Below, one piece after another: positions 52,410 to 64,000 of a stretch of 64,000 nt of DNA. The notes under the pieces were generated by a model. The model did not search any database, was not told the origin of the DNA, and saw nothing but the letters and a program-made list of their open reading frames with translations. Each line of letters opens with the position of its first letter. Positions within the stretch are counted from its first letter, which is position 1. Position numbers and translations under genes: made by a program. The DNA comes from Octopus sinensis (taxonomy: Eukaryota). Location of the stretch: contig NC_043009.1 of the NCBI RefSeq assembly GCF_006345805.1, forward strand, positions 17,360,001 through 17,424,000. Direction: 5' to 3'.

Positions 52410-52651
52410 GTTAAGCAGTTAAATATAGATAACTTGTTCTCATATCAGTAAGTATTTGAGAGTGTTTCTATGGCATGCCTCATTTGTACTATAGGCATCC
52501 TTCTTATAACAATAAGTTCTGTTATTGAATTCTGCACTCACATATATTGTAAAGTATAACCACTAATTTTAAAATACAGTCTGCAATTTTGTCATGATGT
52601 TCAGGAAAATTTTAACAATTATAAAAACCAAAATCATGATGGATATATATA

Positions 52652-53911
52652 CACAGCCATGACACAAGTAAATAGACATCCATAAAACATCGTTTTATGT
52701 TTACTTTATCTTGTAAAGATTTATATTTTTTTTTATTAATTGACATTTTTATGTTTCAGGTTCTATATGTGACTGTTTAATCATGTCACACACAAAAGAA
52801 ACCTTGGGACTGTCTGAATTTCAAAGAGGCTATATTGTGGGTTACTCTGAAGGTGGACATAATCAGCATAAGATTGCAGAAAATCTTGGGATCCTGCTTT
52901 CTACAGTTAATAGAGGGATTGTGTAATTCACCAGAGAGGGGAAGGAGTCTACATCACCTCACCCAGATCAATTGGGGCCCTCTGACAGGACCCTTCTCTT
53001 TGTTAAGAGAAGTGTGGAGAATAATCCTCGTCGCAAGGCCTCTGACATAGCAGAACAAGTTGATGTCAATCCCAGAACAGCTGTCAGGTATCTCCACAAA
53101 CTTCGCTACTATGGCAGAGCAGTAAGAAGTAAGCCACTTCTTTGACTAGCCATTATCAAGCAGAGAAAAGATTGGGTCAGTGAGATGGTGGCAGGACCAC
53201 TAGCATATTGTGACACTCTGTCATATTCTCCAATGAGTCCAGATTTGCTGTATTTCCTGACTGTGATCAAGTGTGGGTCTGAAGACTCTGTGATCAAGAA
53301 TTTGATTTGAAAAGATTGCAGCCAACAATGAAACATGGCAGCTATTCTGTGATGGTCTGCAGAGCAATTTGGAGCAATGGTCACTCAGAGCTGGTGGAGT
53401 GTGAGGGAAACATAAAATCAGATAAATATGTGTCCATATTGCAGAAAGGACTCCTTCCAATCTTCTCCAGTGGTAAAATGATTAAAGAAGGCTCTTTATT
53501 TATGGAAGATGGGGCTCCTAGCCACATAGCTAAAATAACTCAAGATTGGTTGGATGAGAATGGCATTAAAAAGCTTCGATGGCCAAATCAGTCACCAGAT
53601 ATAAACCCTATTGAACACCTCTGGAACATAATGGACCGGACACTTGATAAAAATAACAAGAAAGCATCTTCAAAGCCAGATCTTTTGAGATTACTGCATG
53701 AAACTTGGCCAGAAATTCCTCAAGAGAATATTCGTCATCTGATCAGTAACATGCCTAATAGGGTCCTTGCATTGAAAAATGCAAAGGGCATGTCCACTAA
53801 ATATTAAATATTCACATTATAATGATTAATAAATAATTTGAATGTATAATTTCAGATTTAAATAAATTTTAACGATTATAATAGTGTCAATTTACTTCTG
53901 TCATGTCTGTG
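52652..53911 (+). mobile_element. Tc1 element, full length 1260 bp
   Basis: 27-bp TIRs cacagccatgacacaagtaaatagaca / tgtcaatttacttctgtcatgtctgtg (3 mismatches) with TA on both sides. Confidence 0.93.
52783..53807 (+). pseudogene. Tc1 DD34E transposase pseudogene
   Basis: FSNESRF (first D changed to N), FMEDGAPSH, WPNQSPDINPIEHLW with 34 aa between D and E. Three in-frame stops and one frameshift. Confidence 0.9.
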
Positions 53912-54288
53912 TATATTTTAAACCACACCACCATCTATACATTACCTTCTCCACCCCAGCAATTCAAATGAGGTTGTTTATCATTGATCTCAATATTCTT
54001 GCAACCATTTACTCATTCCCTCCATGCCACCTCCTCACCTTGTTTGTGTATGCATAAATTCAACTCTCCTGGGTTTGTTAGTAAATTTTATGAAACACTA
54101 CGTCCTTCCCATTTGACACTTTCACCCATTTCATTTTATCAAACTGTCCAACCCATGCAAGCATTGGAAATGGACAGTAAATGATGACAATGAGGATTTT
54201 GTGAACCAAAGTAATACAAGAACTACTTTTTGCCAAAGCAGATCATCATGTCCTCCTAGGATTCCAATATTTAACTATTCATGTTTAA

Positions 54289-54503
54289 CCCCTTCGTGTT
54301 TAAACCAGCCACATCTGGCCAAAATATTTTACCTGCTTTATATTCAAACTGGCCAGATCTGGTTCCTTACACCTATCATACAATGTCAATCTAAAAATAA
54401 ATTACTCCATCAAAATCTTGAAGATATGGGATAATGCATGATTAATTCAAAACACTGAATAAATAAGCATTACATCTAACAGAATAATCTGAATTCTAAA
54501 GGG
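54289..54503. mobile_element. piggyBac-type MITE
   Basis: TTAA|ccccttcg...ctaaaggg|TTAA. Confidence 0.7.
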
Positions 54504-54529
54504 TTAAAGTTTATCATATTACCCTTATT

Positions 54530-55240
54530 CAAGATGTCTGAAAACGGTCACCAAGTGGAAGTGAATGCAGCAATGCAAAAAGGACTGATAAAGGAATGAC
54601 ATCAAATGTTAAACTTGATGTTTGACAATGGTTTGATGTTGAAGAAAACCTCAGCCATATTGCAAAAATATTAACGCTTGCAATGTTTACTGAAAATAGA
54701 GATAAAATTTAGGTCAAGTGGCCAAGCAGGGAATCAGTAAAGTGGCCTGGACTTTTTTTCTTTTAAATCTGAAATGATGCCTTAAAATGGAACACCTCCC
54801 AAGTGTGTTATTCAAATAATGAAGACTAAGTTTGCTGATAAATACAAGTCATTCAGGTGAAAGCTGAGTTTGTATGAGAATTTAAGGAAAGCTGAAAGGG
54901 CTATCGAAGGCTGATCTGAAAAATTTAAGGACAACTTTAAAATGACAAGTGAAGCTGCCAGTGCTGCTATTAATTCTCCAAAGGATTTGAAGAAAATTTG
55001 TTGCTGATGAGGACTATACACCAGAACAAGTATACAATGTTGAAGAACCTGTCTCCCAGGACTTAATGAAGAAAAATCATCATCAGGTTTTCCCAAAATC
55101 CCCTCAAACTTCTTGTAGGAGGAAGTGCTGTTGGTGCTATGAAGTTCTGAAATGTGTATCGCTCCCAAAATTATGTTATGTTCAATCTTCCTGCAATTTG
55201 GCATTCAAATAGGAAAGTGAGTTTCCTGTTAGGACAAACT
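54530..55240 (+). mobile_element. Tigger/pogo-like transposase fragment (HTH through start of DDE_1)
   Basis: KGMTSNVKLDV, G*SEKFK...MTSEAASA, YTPEQVYNVEE, LLVGGSAVG and NLPAIWHSNRK resemble Tigger1/jerky motifs. Confidence 0.7.
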
Positions 55241-55679
55241 TTTCAGGAACATGAAATCTTGTTGAGTGAAGAATGCTTGCAGCTGCTTTTTAAAAGAGTT
55301 ATGAAAAAGATTCAGGTTGAGAAATTTGTAAGTGGTTACTTATTAGGAATAGTTTGGTTCTTTGGTTTCAGAATGCGAAATTCTTTTACTCTATATTCTC
55401 TATGTAGATGGTCAATATTAAGATTACATTCAGAAAATTATTCAATTTTTAATGAGGAATTTTGAAAAGAAAAAATTATTTTCTAATCACATAACCATTA
55501 TTAATGACTCATATTTGACAAAATATTTTCTTTTTTTAATTTTCTTATCAGCAATAATTAATATAATAATGTATATTGATTTTTCACTAAATTACTGTAA
55601 CTATTATATTTCATTGACATATTTAATTCCTGGTATAAATCTTGATCTCTACTTTAATATATTTATTGTTATTTGGGGA

Positions 55680-58295
55680 GAAAGGCTGAAGAACATGCCA
55701 AGATCAGTGAGATATGATGTTTAGGTTAACTTTAATTGATGTTTAATTCGAATTCTTTAAGGTTCATTTTTAATAGGGAGATATTTGTGGAGATAATATG
55801 TAGCATACATGTGTATGTCAAACAAGAAAGTATCAAAAAACAGGTTAAATATGTCCTTCCTGGTCAGGTCATTCAATATATAGCTACAAAATATATTGAT
55901 AAGTGTATAACTACTGTACAAGTCAGTCAGTGTGTAGCCCTCGTGTATGACGAAGGAGAGTTCAGCACAACAGAAGGAAGAGACAACTGGCATTAGGAAG
56001 CTGCTACCAGCAAAAGGAAAGTAGGGACCTCTAATCTTAACGGGCTCCTTCTTCTTAGGCTCTGATAATAACAAACACTTTTCCTCACCAACACTGATTT
56101 AAAAGCATGTGGTTGCATCCATGCACCAGACATTGATACTTTCTGAATTATGTCAAGATCAAGCAATACGATAAAAGATATGTTCTTGTCACCAGAACAG
56201 CTTTTATTGCTGATGATTGTTGAACAGATCCCCATCTTGTCATCACAAGCACAAAGATTAGCATTCTGTACAAACCATGAAACCAACACTCATTACCAGC
56301 TCAAAGAAAATATAACATTTCAAAACTTAAAAGCTCAATAATCAGAGACAAATATGAAATTATGAAATATCATTGATAGGACAGCAAAAAGTGCCATTAG
56401 TTTAACCAAATAGAAGTTCCAAGTTCAGTTTAACAATGACAACAATGAAGTTCCTTAAAAAGAATTAGAATCAAACATTCAAACACCAATGCCAAATCAA
56501 ACTCATGGAAATACAAAACCATTAGTACTACAGAAAGCAATGGTACTTAGAAACTATTCTGATGTATGCTAGCTAAGAAACTTCTTTGGCAGAACAAGGC
56601 AAATGTTTTGTCAGTGGGTTACTTTCTAGCTGCAGACAGTACCAACATCATAACAGAAAGAAAAGCTAATCTCTGATCCTGGAGGGAACATTTTCCTCTC
56701 ATTGCTGAATCAGAAATGAACAACAGGCGTAGATTCCTTCAGAGACATCCCACATTGTCACAAACAGCAGCAGCAGTGAATGAAAGTACAACCATCATTT
56801 TAAAATGAACAGCATGAAGCCTCCAGAACCAGAAACATTTTTCTTGAATTACTAAAACGTGGCAGACCTTTCAAAACCAGGCTTTTCACTCGAAAGATTT
56901 ATGAGACTCAAACAAATTTTAAAATGCAGTTATTATCACCTTGAAGAAAGATCAAAAATCTTGTGTGAATTATTGTGGAAGCATTGCTCTCCATCACAAG
57001 AAAATTATTAGCAAAAATCCTTCCAAATCATTTCCAGATCATTGAAGAGAAGGTTTTTCCAAAATCTCAATGTGATTTTTGAGCCTCTCACAATACAATT
57101 AACATAATTTTGAGTGCAAGGCAACTGCAAGGGAAAGCAGAAAATAGCATAAACCATACTTCTTGTCTTCTATGACTCAGATGGTGTACCAAGAAAGGCC
57201 ATATGGATGGTTCTTCAACCTTTTTGACTACCCAAACCACTTCACCTCATCGATTCAATCCCTGCATAAGTATAACAGGTTGTGTTTTGCATAAAAATAA
57301 AATTTCTGAACAATTCCCAGTTATATGTAAATTGAAACACACTTTTTTTACATACACTTATATATTCATTGTTGGTGCTTGTTGAACTTCTGAACAGTTC
57401 AGGTGTTGATATCAGATTATGTGTTGAAGGTAAACATTTTAAAGATAACCAGATTTCAATTTCTCAACTTTCTAACATCCAACACTTCTCGGGGCTTCAA
57501 CACAGAACTGACAAAATAGCATGCCAGGAACTCCAGAAATCAGTCAAAAACTTCGCTGATACATATGATTGTTTTGACCTAAGTGAATATTAAGAATTCT
57601 AAAATCCTTGTCCAACTTTCTCCAAAGATTAATCTCCTTGATTTTAATATCACCATCTTCAGTACACCTCTCAACCAAGTAGGCCACTTTCCCTATGTGG
57701 AAGTTTTCTTTCTAACAAATATAGTTCTGAAAAGGATGTGGAACATAGAACTGGACCATCTTGATTCAGTAATTAGAGAACTAGTAAATCAAAGTTCTAT
57801 TCAATAAAATTGATGCTTGTCAAGCTATCACTTCAATATTATTATACAGTCATGAATCATGAATTTTATAGCTGGAACAAAACATCAAAAAACAGAAGAG
57901 GACTACATTGTTAATAATGATGTCCTAGAAAACGCCAGCTGCCAAATCATAGAATTTACCTCATAGAATATTGGTTAGAAGGATCAGAGAATGTGGTTAG
58001 AATGAAATAAAAGAAATTTTCTCATCTCATTACAAATACAAATTAAAAATCAACCCCTAAAATGTCCGGAGTTGAGAGAAAAAAGTGTGATACTGAAGCC
58101 CAGGACTGTTCCAACTTGTATCACTCTGTTACCATGACAACTGACTGTTTTGAAGTCAAAAGAAAAAGAAAAGCTGAAGATCCAACAGCAGCTACTCTCT
58201 CCATTAATTCTTTCAGACCATCTTTGGTCCTGCTTGTTTTGCACGAGTATTGGACTTCTCAATCTTCAGCACTTTCAACAGAATCATGAGGAAAC
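55680..58295 (+). mobile_element. Degenerate BovB-like RTE LINE (endonuclease plus RT)
   Basis: KLLAKILPNHFQIIEEKVFPKSQCDF*ASHNTINIILSARQLQ, NQVGHFPYVG, SILLYSHES and a C-terminal CLFCTSIGLL, with many stops and frameshifts. Confidence 0.8.
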
Positions 58296-58894
58296 TGAAA
58301 TTTTCTCCTTATTGAAAGAGGCAATTCTCAGGAACTTTGACTAATAGAGTTGTTGGTCAAACTACAATAACTACAGGGAACTCACAGTCAAATGCTTGCT
58401 CTGATAAAAATAATAATAAAATTTCCTTCGCATTACATGGTCATCTTAAACAAAAAATGTCGCATTAGACGTACTTCTGCATGCTACTAAAACCTTGGCA
58501 TTATCACAGCTAAAATGTCTGAAGTTTGCTCAATCAGAATTCACTTGGAGTCTCTTGGAGTCAAACAACCACAAAAACATGGGAGATAATTCCAAAATGC
58601 CACACAGGAGATAGAATGGTTGACTAAAGTATTTAGTAGGGATCTGGGGTAAGACAAAGTCAGGATAAAAAGAGGAGAGGTGAGTGTGTAGAACACTCCA
58701 CAAGTTACTAGTCATTGTTGTTGTTAATTAGTTCCAAGTCAGCCCTGATCATACATAACTATGTCACATAGATAATTAGTTCAGTGATTAGCTACGATCC
58801 ACAGATTTGGTATTCTGTTTTGTTAGGTAGTTAGTTTATGGGAGAAGTAGAGATGTAAAAAAGAAAGCTTAGTCAATGTAAATAATGGTTTCAA

Positions 58895-59325
58895 TATCTG
58901 GCACAAGGCCAGCAATTTCAGAGGAATGGGTAAGTCAATTACATTGACTTGCATTGACTGTTACTTAATTTATCGATTGCAAAAGGATGAAAGGCAAAGC
59001 CGACCTTGGTGGAATTTGAACTCAGAATGTAGAGACGGGCGACATGCCACTAAGCATTTTGTCCTTTATGCTGATTCTGCTAGCTCACCGCTTTTGTCAA
59101 AGTAAATTATCCTTTCTACTATATGCACAAGGCCTTAAATTTTGGGGGAAGGGGCCAGTCGATTAGAACAACCCCAGTATACAACTGGTACTTAATTTAT
59201 CAACCCCAAAAGGATGAAAGGCAAAGTTGACCGTGGCAGAATTTGAACTCAGAACGTAGCAGCAGACAAAATACCACTAAGCATTTCACCCGGCATGCTA
59301 ACGCTTCTGCCAGCTCACCACCTTA
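58895..59325 (-). mobile_element. Two head-to-tail tRNA-derived SINEs (58895-59095, 59110-59325)
   Basis: Each has aaaaggatgaaaggcaaag..gacc.tgg..gaatttgaactcagaa. Confidence 0.82.
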
Positions 59326-60818
59326 TGTTAATGTGAATAATTATAGCAACCTGAGAGAATACCAGGGGATTATGAAGACAATGACTTGTAGTGACTCTGA
59401 GGAATTTTGCTGTTTAGTTTCTATATAGGGAGGTAAAAATGTAAGATTATTTCCTTGGTACTGTTGAAAGAAGCTAAGTTATTATTTCCAAACTGGAAGA
59501 GGTTTACAATGTCTCACTTCATGAAAGGGATGCAAGTATGCAGAGATATCAGGCTTGTATATGAATGTCAGCAGTGTGCAGAATGATAAAAGAGAGTGAA
59601 GGATAGCACTGTCTGTGTTAGAATATTGTGCTTAAAATAACAACAAGTAGGTCATTAATATTCTGGCAGAATGTGAGACAACTTGTCTTAGACACCTCCC
59701 CAACAAAAACAGAAAAACAACAACACTTTTTGTCTTTTTATGCAATAGTCAGAAGTGGAAAGGTACTTTCAGTGGGGTGTCAAGGACACCCACCTAAAGA
59801 AAGAAGTTACCCTCAACCCAAATAAAGGCATAGAAAATGGTTGCCAAAATAGTGATATGAGAATCACAAACTAAATACTTACTCTTGTTGCATTAAATAT
59901 GTTAACACTACCATAAAAATATAAGCATGGAATTTACTTCTGTTTCTAAAACATGACCAATATTTGAGAAAGAAAAGGTATTTTATGCGAAAGTAGAAAT
60001 ATATTTATAACTGATAGAAAGTTTCTTTTTTGTTACATTTATACTCTCCATTTTCATTGATAGGTGCAAAGACAATACTAATATAATAGACAAACCCTAC
60101 CTCAAGCTACTAAATAAAGTTGCAGCACCAGCACATTACTTTAGTCATAGTCTTAATAAACCACAAGATACCTTAGAAAATTAACAAAAGTCAATTAGCC
60201 CTTTGTGAGCAATCAGTTTTTATTTGTTTCTCCCACTTTACACTGTCATTTTCCATTAACAATTGCTTGTTTCTGAATTTTTCTTCTCCTTTGGGGGTTT
60301 TAACACTTCGTATCTGAATATCTTCTTTTATTACCGAACAAATATGTTTGTTTCCATACATCTTATCCTGGTTATTTAGTCTATATCTGATTCTATCTTA
60401 TTTCATTATTAATTTATTTCTTACCAAAATAACGTGTATTTATCTAATATTTCAATTTCTGCAAATTGTTCGCTTTCTCTCTGATAGTGTTCAATAACCT
60501 CTAGATTCTTCCACTATTTTCTTTAACTCTACCCCAATATAAAATTACTGTTAAAGTAGCAGTATTTAGTCAAGATAATCTAGAGAGATGTACTCATCAA
60601 TCAATACAACATTTTACAGCAAAAAAAGTTCTCTTTTTAAAATAATGTCCAGAAAAATAAAGGAATTGGTCATGAAATGTTGTGAATGTTGTATTCATTA
60701 GAATTTAGTTCAGAGAGATTTCACTCTAAAATATTTAAATTATTTCAATAAGGCATTGGGGAGGTCTTCTATAAGGTATGAATGATTCTAATCGTATATT
60801 TTTGTTTTGTTTTGTTTT

Positions 60819-60854
<36 letters not shown>

Positions 60855-61424
60855 GTGCTTTATGTTTGTCTTTCTACAAATGAACTGTAACATTCTCTCT
60901 GCAACAGTGTCAGGGATGTCCTATTTTTATCTTCTCTATTTCAGGTAAAATGCTCCAGTTTCACTGTCACCTGTAGTCTAGCTTAGTCACTCTTATCAAC
61001 ACCATTCCAGCCATAACCATTCCGTCCTTTATTCAGATGTAAAATATCTAGGATTACAGAACCCAATATGTTCACTGTTTTAAGATGGAAAATATGACTT
61101 TGGGAGATGCTGCTACTATTTCTAGCAGGAGTGACCGTAAATGTTTCCATGTTTGATGGTAAGGCTTTGTTATCAGCCCATACAAAACAATATTGATCTG
61201 ATATTTCTCTTATTGAACTTTTTTTTACAAATTACTGATTAACTATTTGCTCTCTTTTAATGTAAGTATCAGATTAATTAGCTTTAGCTCTTGGGAGACT
61301 TTTATGTAGGTATTTAGTCCAGCTTGAAAACAACTTTGTAAAAAGTAACCAATCAAACTTCTTCCTTTAAACAGCAGCAAAGGAGAAGGAAGTCTCTCAT
61401 TGATTGTAGCTCATATTGCCATCA

Positions 61425-61570
61425 AATTTTGGCATAAGGCCAGCCATTTCAGGGGAGCAGGTTAGTCGATTACAACAAGCCCAGTGCTCAACTGGTACTC
61501 TATTTTAGTGACCCTGAAAGGGTTGAAAGGTAAAGTTGACCTCAGTGGAATTTGAACTCAGGATGTAAAC
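61425..61570 (-). mobile_element. tRNA-derived SINE (5'-truncated)
   Basis: gaaaggtaaagttgacctcagtggaatttgaactcagg. Confidence 0.7.
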
Positions 61571-61599
61571 ATAGGAAGCAAATTTTCTTGAATGTTCAG

Positions 61600-62110
61600 A
61601 AAGTAGATTGATATCATCTATATTGAAGTGGGCATTGGTAAAGGTAACAGCAAGTAGGCCATTAATGTATTGAGGAAGGGTGTGACATAAAGCCAACCTG
61701 CAGGAGTATGTCAGAGATGACAGAGTGCAAGTGAGTGAGAGATCTCTGTCAGCACACAATGCAATGTTACTATCTGACAGGAAGCCATCGCTCCAAAGAT
61801 GAGAGGAAGATGAAGTCTGTAAGCAGATAATTCTGCTAGGAGATTTATAATGCCAGATATAGTCAAATGCTTTGTTGATGCCAAGTGCAGCAGCATTGTT
61901 TTCATCAAATTTCTTGATGATTAGAGTCCACTGATAAGTAACATTGGAAAGCAGGTTTCCAGCAGATCTGGCTCAACAAAAGTTGTACTGTTGGCCATCA
62001 GGGAACGAGAGATTCAAGGTATTTGAAAATGTGGCTGTAAACAAAGCATGCACAGCACTGAATTAGATGCAAAAAATGAAAGCAAATACAGAGGCAGTTC
62101 TGCTTACATA
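61600..62110 (-). mobile_element. CR1/Jockey-group LINE RT fragment
   Basis: SHIFKYLES, RSAGNLLSNVTYQWT, ALGINKAFDYIWH (ALDISKAFD-like) and GFLSDSNIA. Confidence 0.65.
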
Positions 62111-62956
62111 ACCATCATGGTTGTAGAGTAGAAGAAAGAAGTATTCCTCGAAGTGGCTAAATATTCTTTGGGAAAAAATTCACATTCTCACATTGAATTC
62201 ACTTATACAGATCTTTTCAAATGGTTTGTCATTCACAGTCATTGATATATATGATGCAAATATTAAAATATTGCACTCAGATATATTGTAATAATGTCAT
62301 CAGATATTAGGGTATATCAAATAATTGGCTTTACTTGGATTCATATTAAAAGATAATTCAAATTGTTACAGAAACACCACTGCAATATCTTTAGTCTCAG
62401 AGAAGATAGGATTTCCGAAGTAGGCACAAAACCAGGTATCTATAGGATTGGTGAAATTATGTGATTTTTATATTCAGAAATGGTCTGTTAAAAGATGTGT
62501 GGGAAGAGAAATTGCAATCAAAACTGTTTTGCATACTTGATTCGCTGTGAACATGCAATAATTCCAGTTAATTGATGTAACTCTGTTTGTATGCGATTAT
62601 ATTGAACAATTTCATTTAACATCCTGAACCACAACAAAACACTGCAGGAGGGAGACTTTTATAAAGTTATTCAACACACTAGAAATAACAAGTAAATCTC
62701 CCTCAAATCACAACTTACCATTTAATAAAAAAATAAATAAATGAGATATTGAATAATGAATGCATTCCTAAATAAACTATACCCAAATATGGAATCGTTA
62801 TGGCTTGAAAATATTTAATCATAGATTTGCTTAATCAGAGTTGACATAAGATGAAGCAATAACAACCATAATTTCTTCAGATAAAGAAAGGCTTGCAAGA
62901 AAGAAGACTGAGAAGCAGAGTTGATAGAAGAACAAAAAAAGAATCGAGTTCCTTAC

Positions 62957-63085
62957 CATTACAAGAATGTGGATTCCTGCTATCTACATATCCAGCTACT
63001 GAACAGTTACATCTGTAAGATCCTGGAATGTTGATACAGCGCCCAGGACATGGCGTATTCTTTAAAGTTACACATTCATCAATGT
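62957..63085 (-). CDS. cbEGF exon A (129 nt): (D)IDECVTLKNTPCPGRCINIPGSYRCNCSVAGYVDSRNPHSCN
   Basis: Acceptor ttttcacag|AC, donor G|gtaagg. DIDEC start, six Cys, hydroxylation consensus CINIPGSYRC. Confidence 0.93.
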
Positions 63086-64000
63086 CTGTGAAAAAAATAA
63101 AATGACAATGAAGAATTATTTTGGAGACAAACCAAGTATCTTTCATAAATCAAACAATAAAGCATGCCTCATGCAAATAATCCCCATTATTATCAACATC
63201 ATTTGCAGAAGCAATAAGCATAGCAACAGTAGTAGCCTCAGTTCAGTCTCTTTTACATGCTGATTCAAAATGGATAGATTTACCAGAGAGATATCCTTCA
63301 GCTATTCCTTCCTGTCTTGGTTTCATATCTCTGCTGCTGAAATAGTTTTTATTGAACAAATTATCACCATTATTACATGGTGCAGTGGAATCGATTCAAT
63401 GATACAATGAAGCATCTAGTCTGGTGCTTCATATTTCATCAGTCAAGTCCACTGGGAGTTAAAATTGTCTTGTATTTCTTCAGGATCAGTGAGTTGAGTA
63501 GCAAGGAGGAACTGAAGACAATTCAGTTAATTAAAATATTTTTCTTCCCAAAAACCATCTTATTTCAAAGCATAAAAACAAATCTTTTGTTATTAGTAGT
63601 TTTGTTATTTTCTTGTTTTATTAAGAAATGTCTAGCAGCATTTCTTCTCTTTATTTCACATTCTGAATTTCAATACTGCAGAGGTGAATTTCCCTCTCAT
63701 CTTCTCAGGATCAATAAAATAAAGAACGAATGAAGTTGATGGCATTAACTAACCTCCTTCTGCAAATTTCAGGACTGATGCCTATGTTAGAAATAATTAT
63801 TATTACAAGGGTATTAGCTGGCAGAATTGTTTCAGTGTGAAGAAAAATGCCTTGCAGTTCAGGCTGTAGTTGACACAGCTTTTATCCTTCTAGAGTCAAT
63901 AAAATAGAGTACCAGTCAAATACTGGGGCTGATGGGTTTGACTACCCCCTCCCCCCACTTAAAACTGCTAGCCTAAATTAAAAACTATTATCACTGATGC

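Larger units (their letters stand above)
27995..63085 (-). other. Partial multi-exon gene span: secreted/membrane protein with >=5 tandem cbEGF domains plus an SVEP1-type Cys-rich repeat (6 exons, 792 coding nt in window)
   Basis: All six exons have AG/GT boundaries and phase-1 junctions, and splice into one stop-free frame. The exon 5/6 junction T|TT gives Phe. Confidence 0.88.

Noticed and set aside
1-64000. rRNA, bona fide tRNA genes, CRISPR arrays or prokaryotic operons
   Set aside because: None seen. The tRNA-like A/B boxes all belong to SINE heads.

Overview
AT-rich, microsatellite-dense eukaryotic DNA. The repeat families suggest a coleoid cephalopod (octopus-like); this is an inference, not checked by search. 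The one host gene is on the minus strand: six short phase-1/phase-1 GT-AG exons between 63085 and 27995. They encode five tandem calcium-binding EGF domains followed by an SVEP1-type cysteine-rich (Ephrin_rec_like/GCC2_GCC3-like) module. No start, no stop and no further exon was found in the remaining ~28 kb. The rest is decayed mobile DNA: three mariner families, a Tc1 (DD34E) with intact ends, a Tigger/pogo fragment, piggyBac-type and hAT-type MITEs, LINE fragments (RTE, a BovB-like RTE, CR1/Jockey-group RT, an L1/Tx1-like ORF1), three Penelope-like fragments and many tRNA-derived SINEs. The most notable observations are hammerhead-ribozyme motifs next to the Penelope-like fragments (one with a complete catalytic core), a C4HC3 PHD-like finger inside the reverse transcriptase of an RTE LINE family (two copies), a mariner built from two inverted 5' ends, and a ~420-bp foldback inserted with an apparent target-site duplication into another mariner. 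Most entries in the supplied ORF track are artefacts of simple repeats. Repeat boundaries are approximate unless TIRs, TSDs or splice sites are cited.
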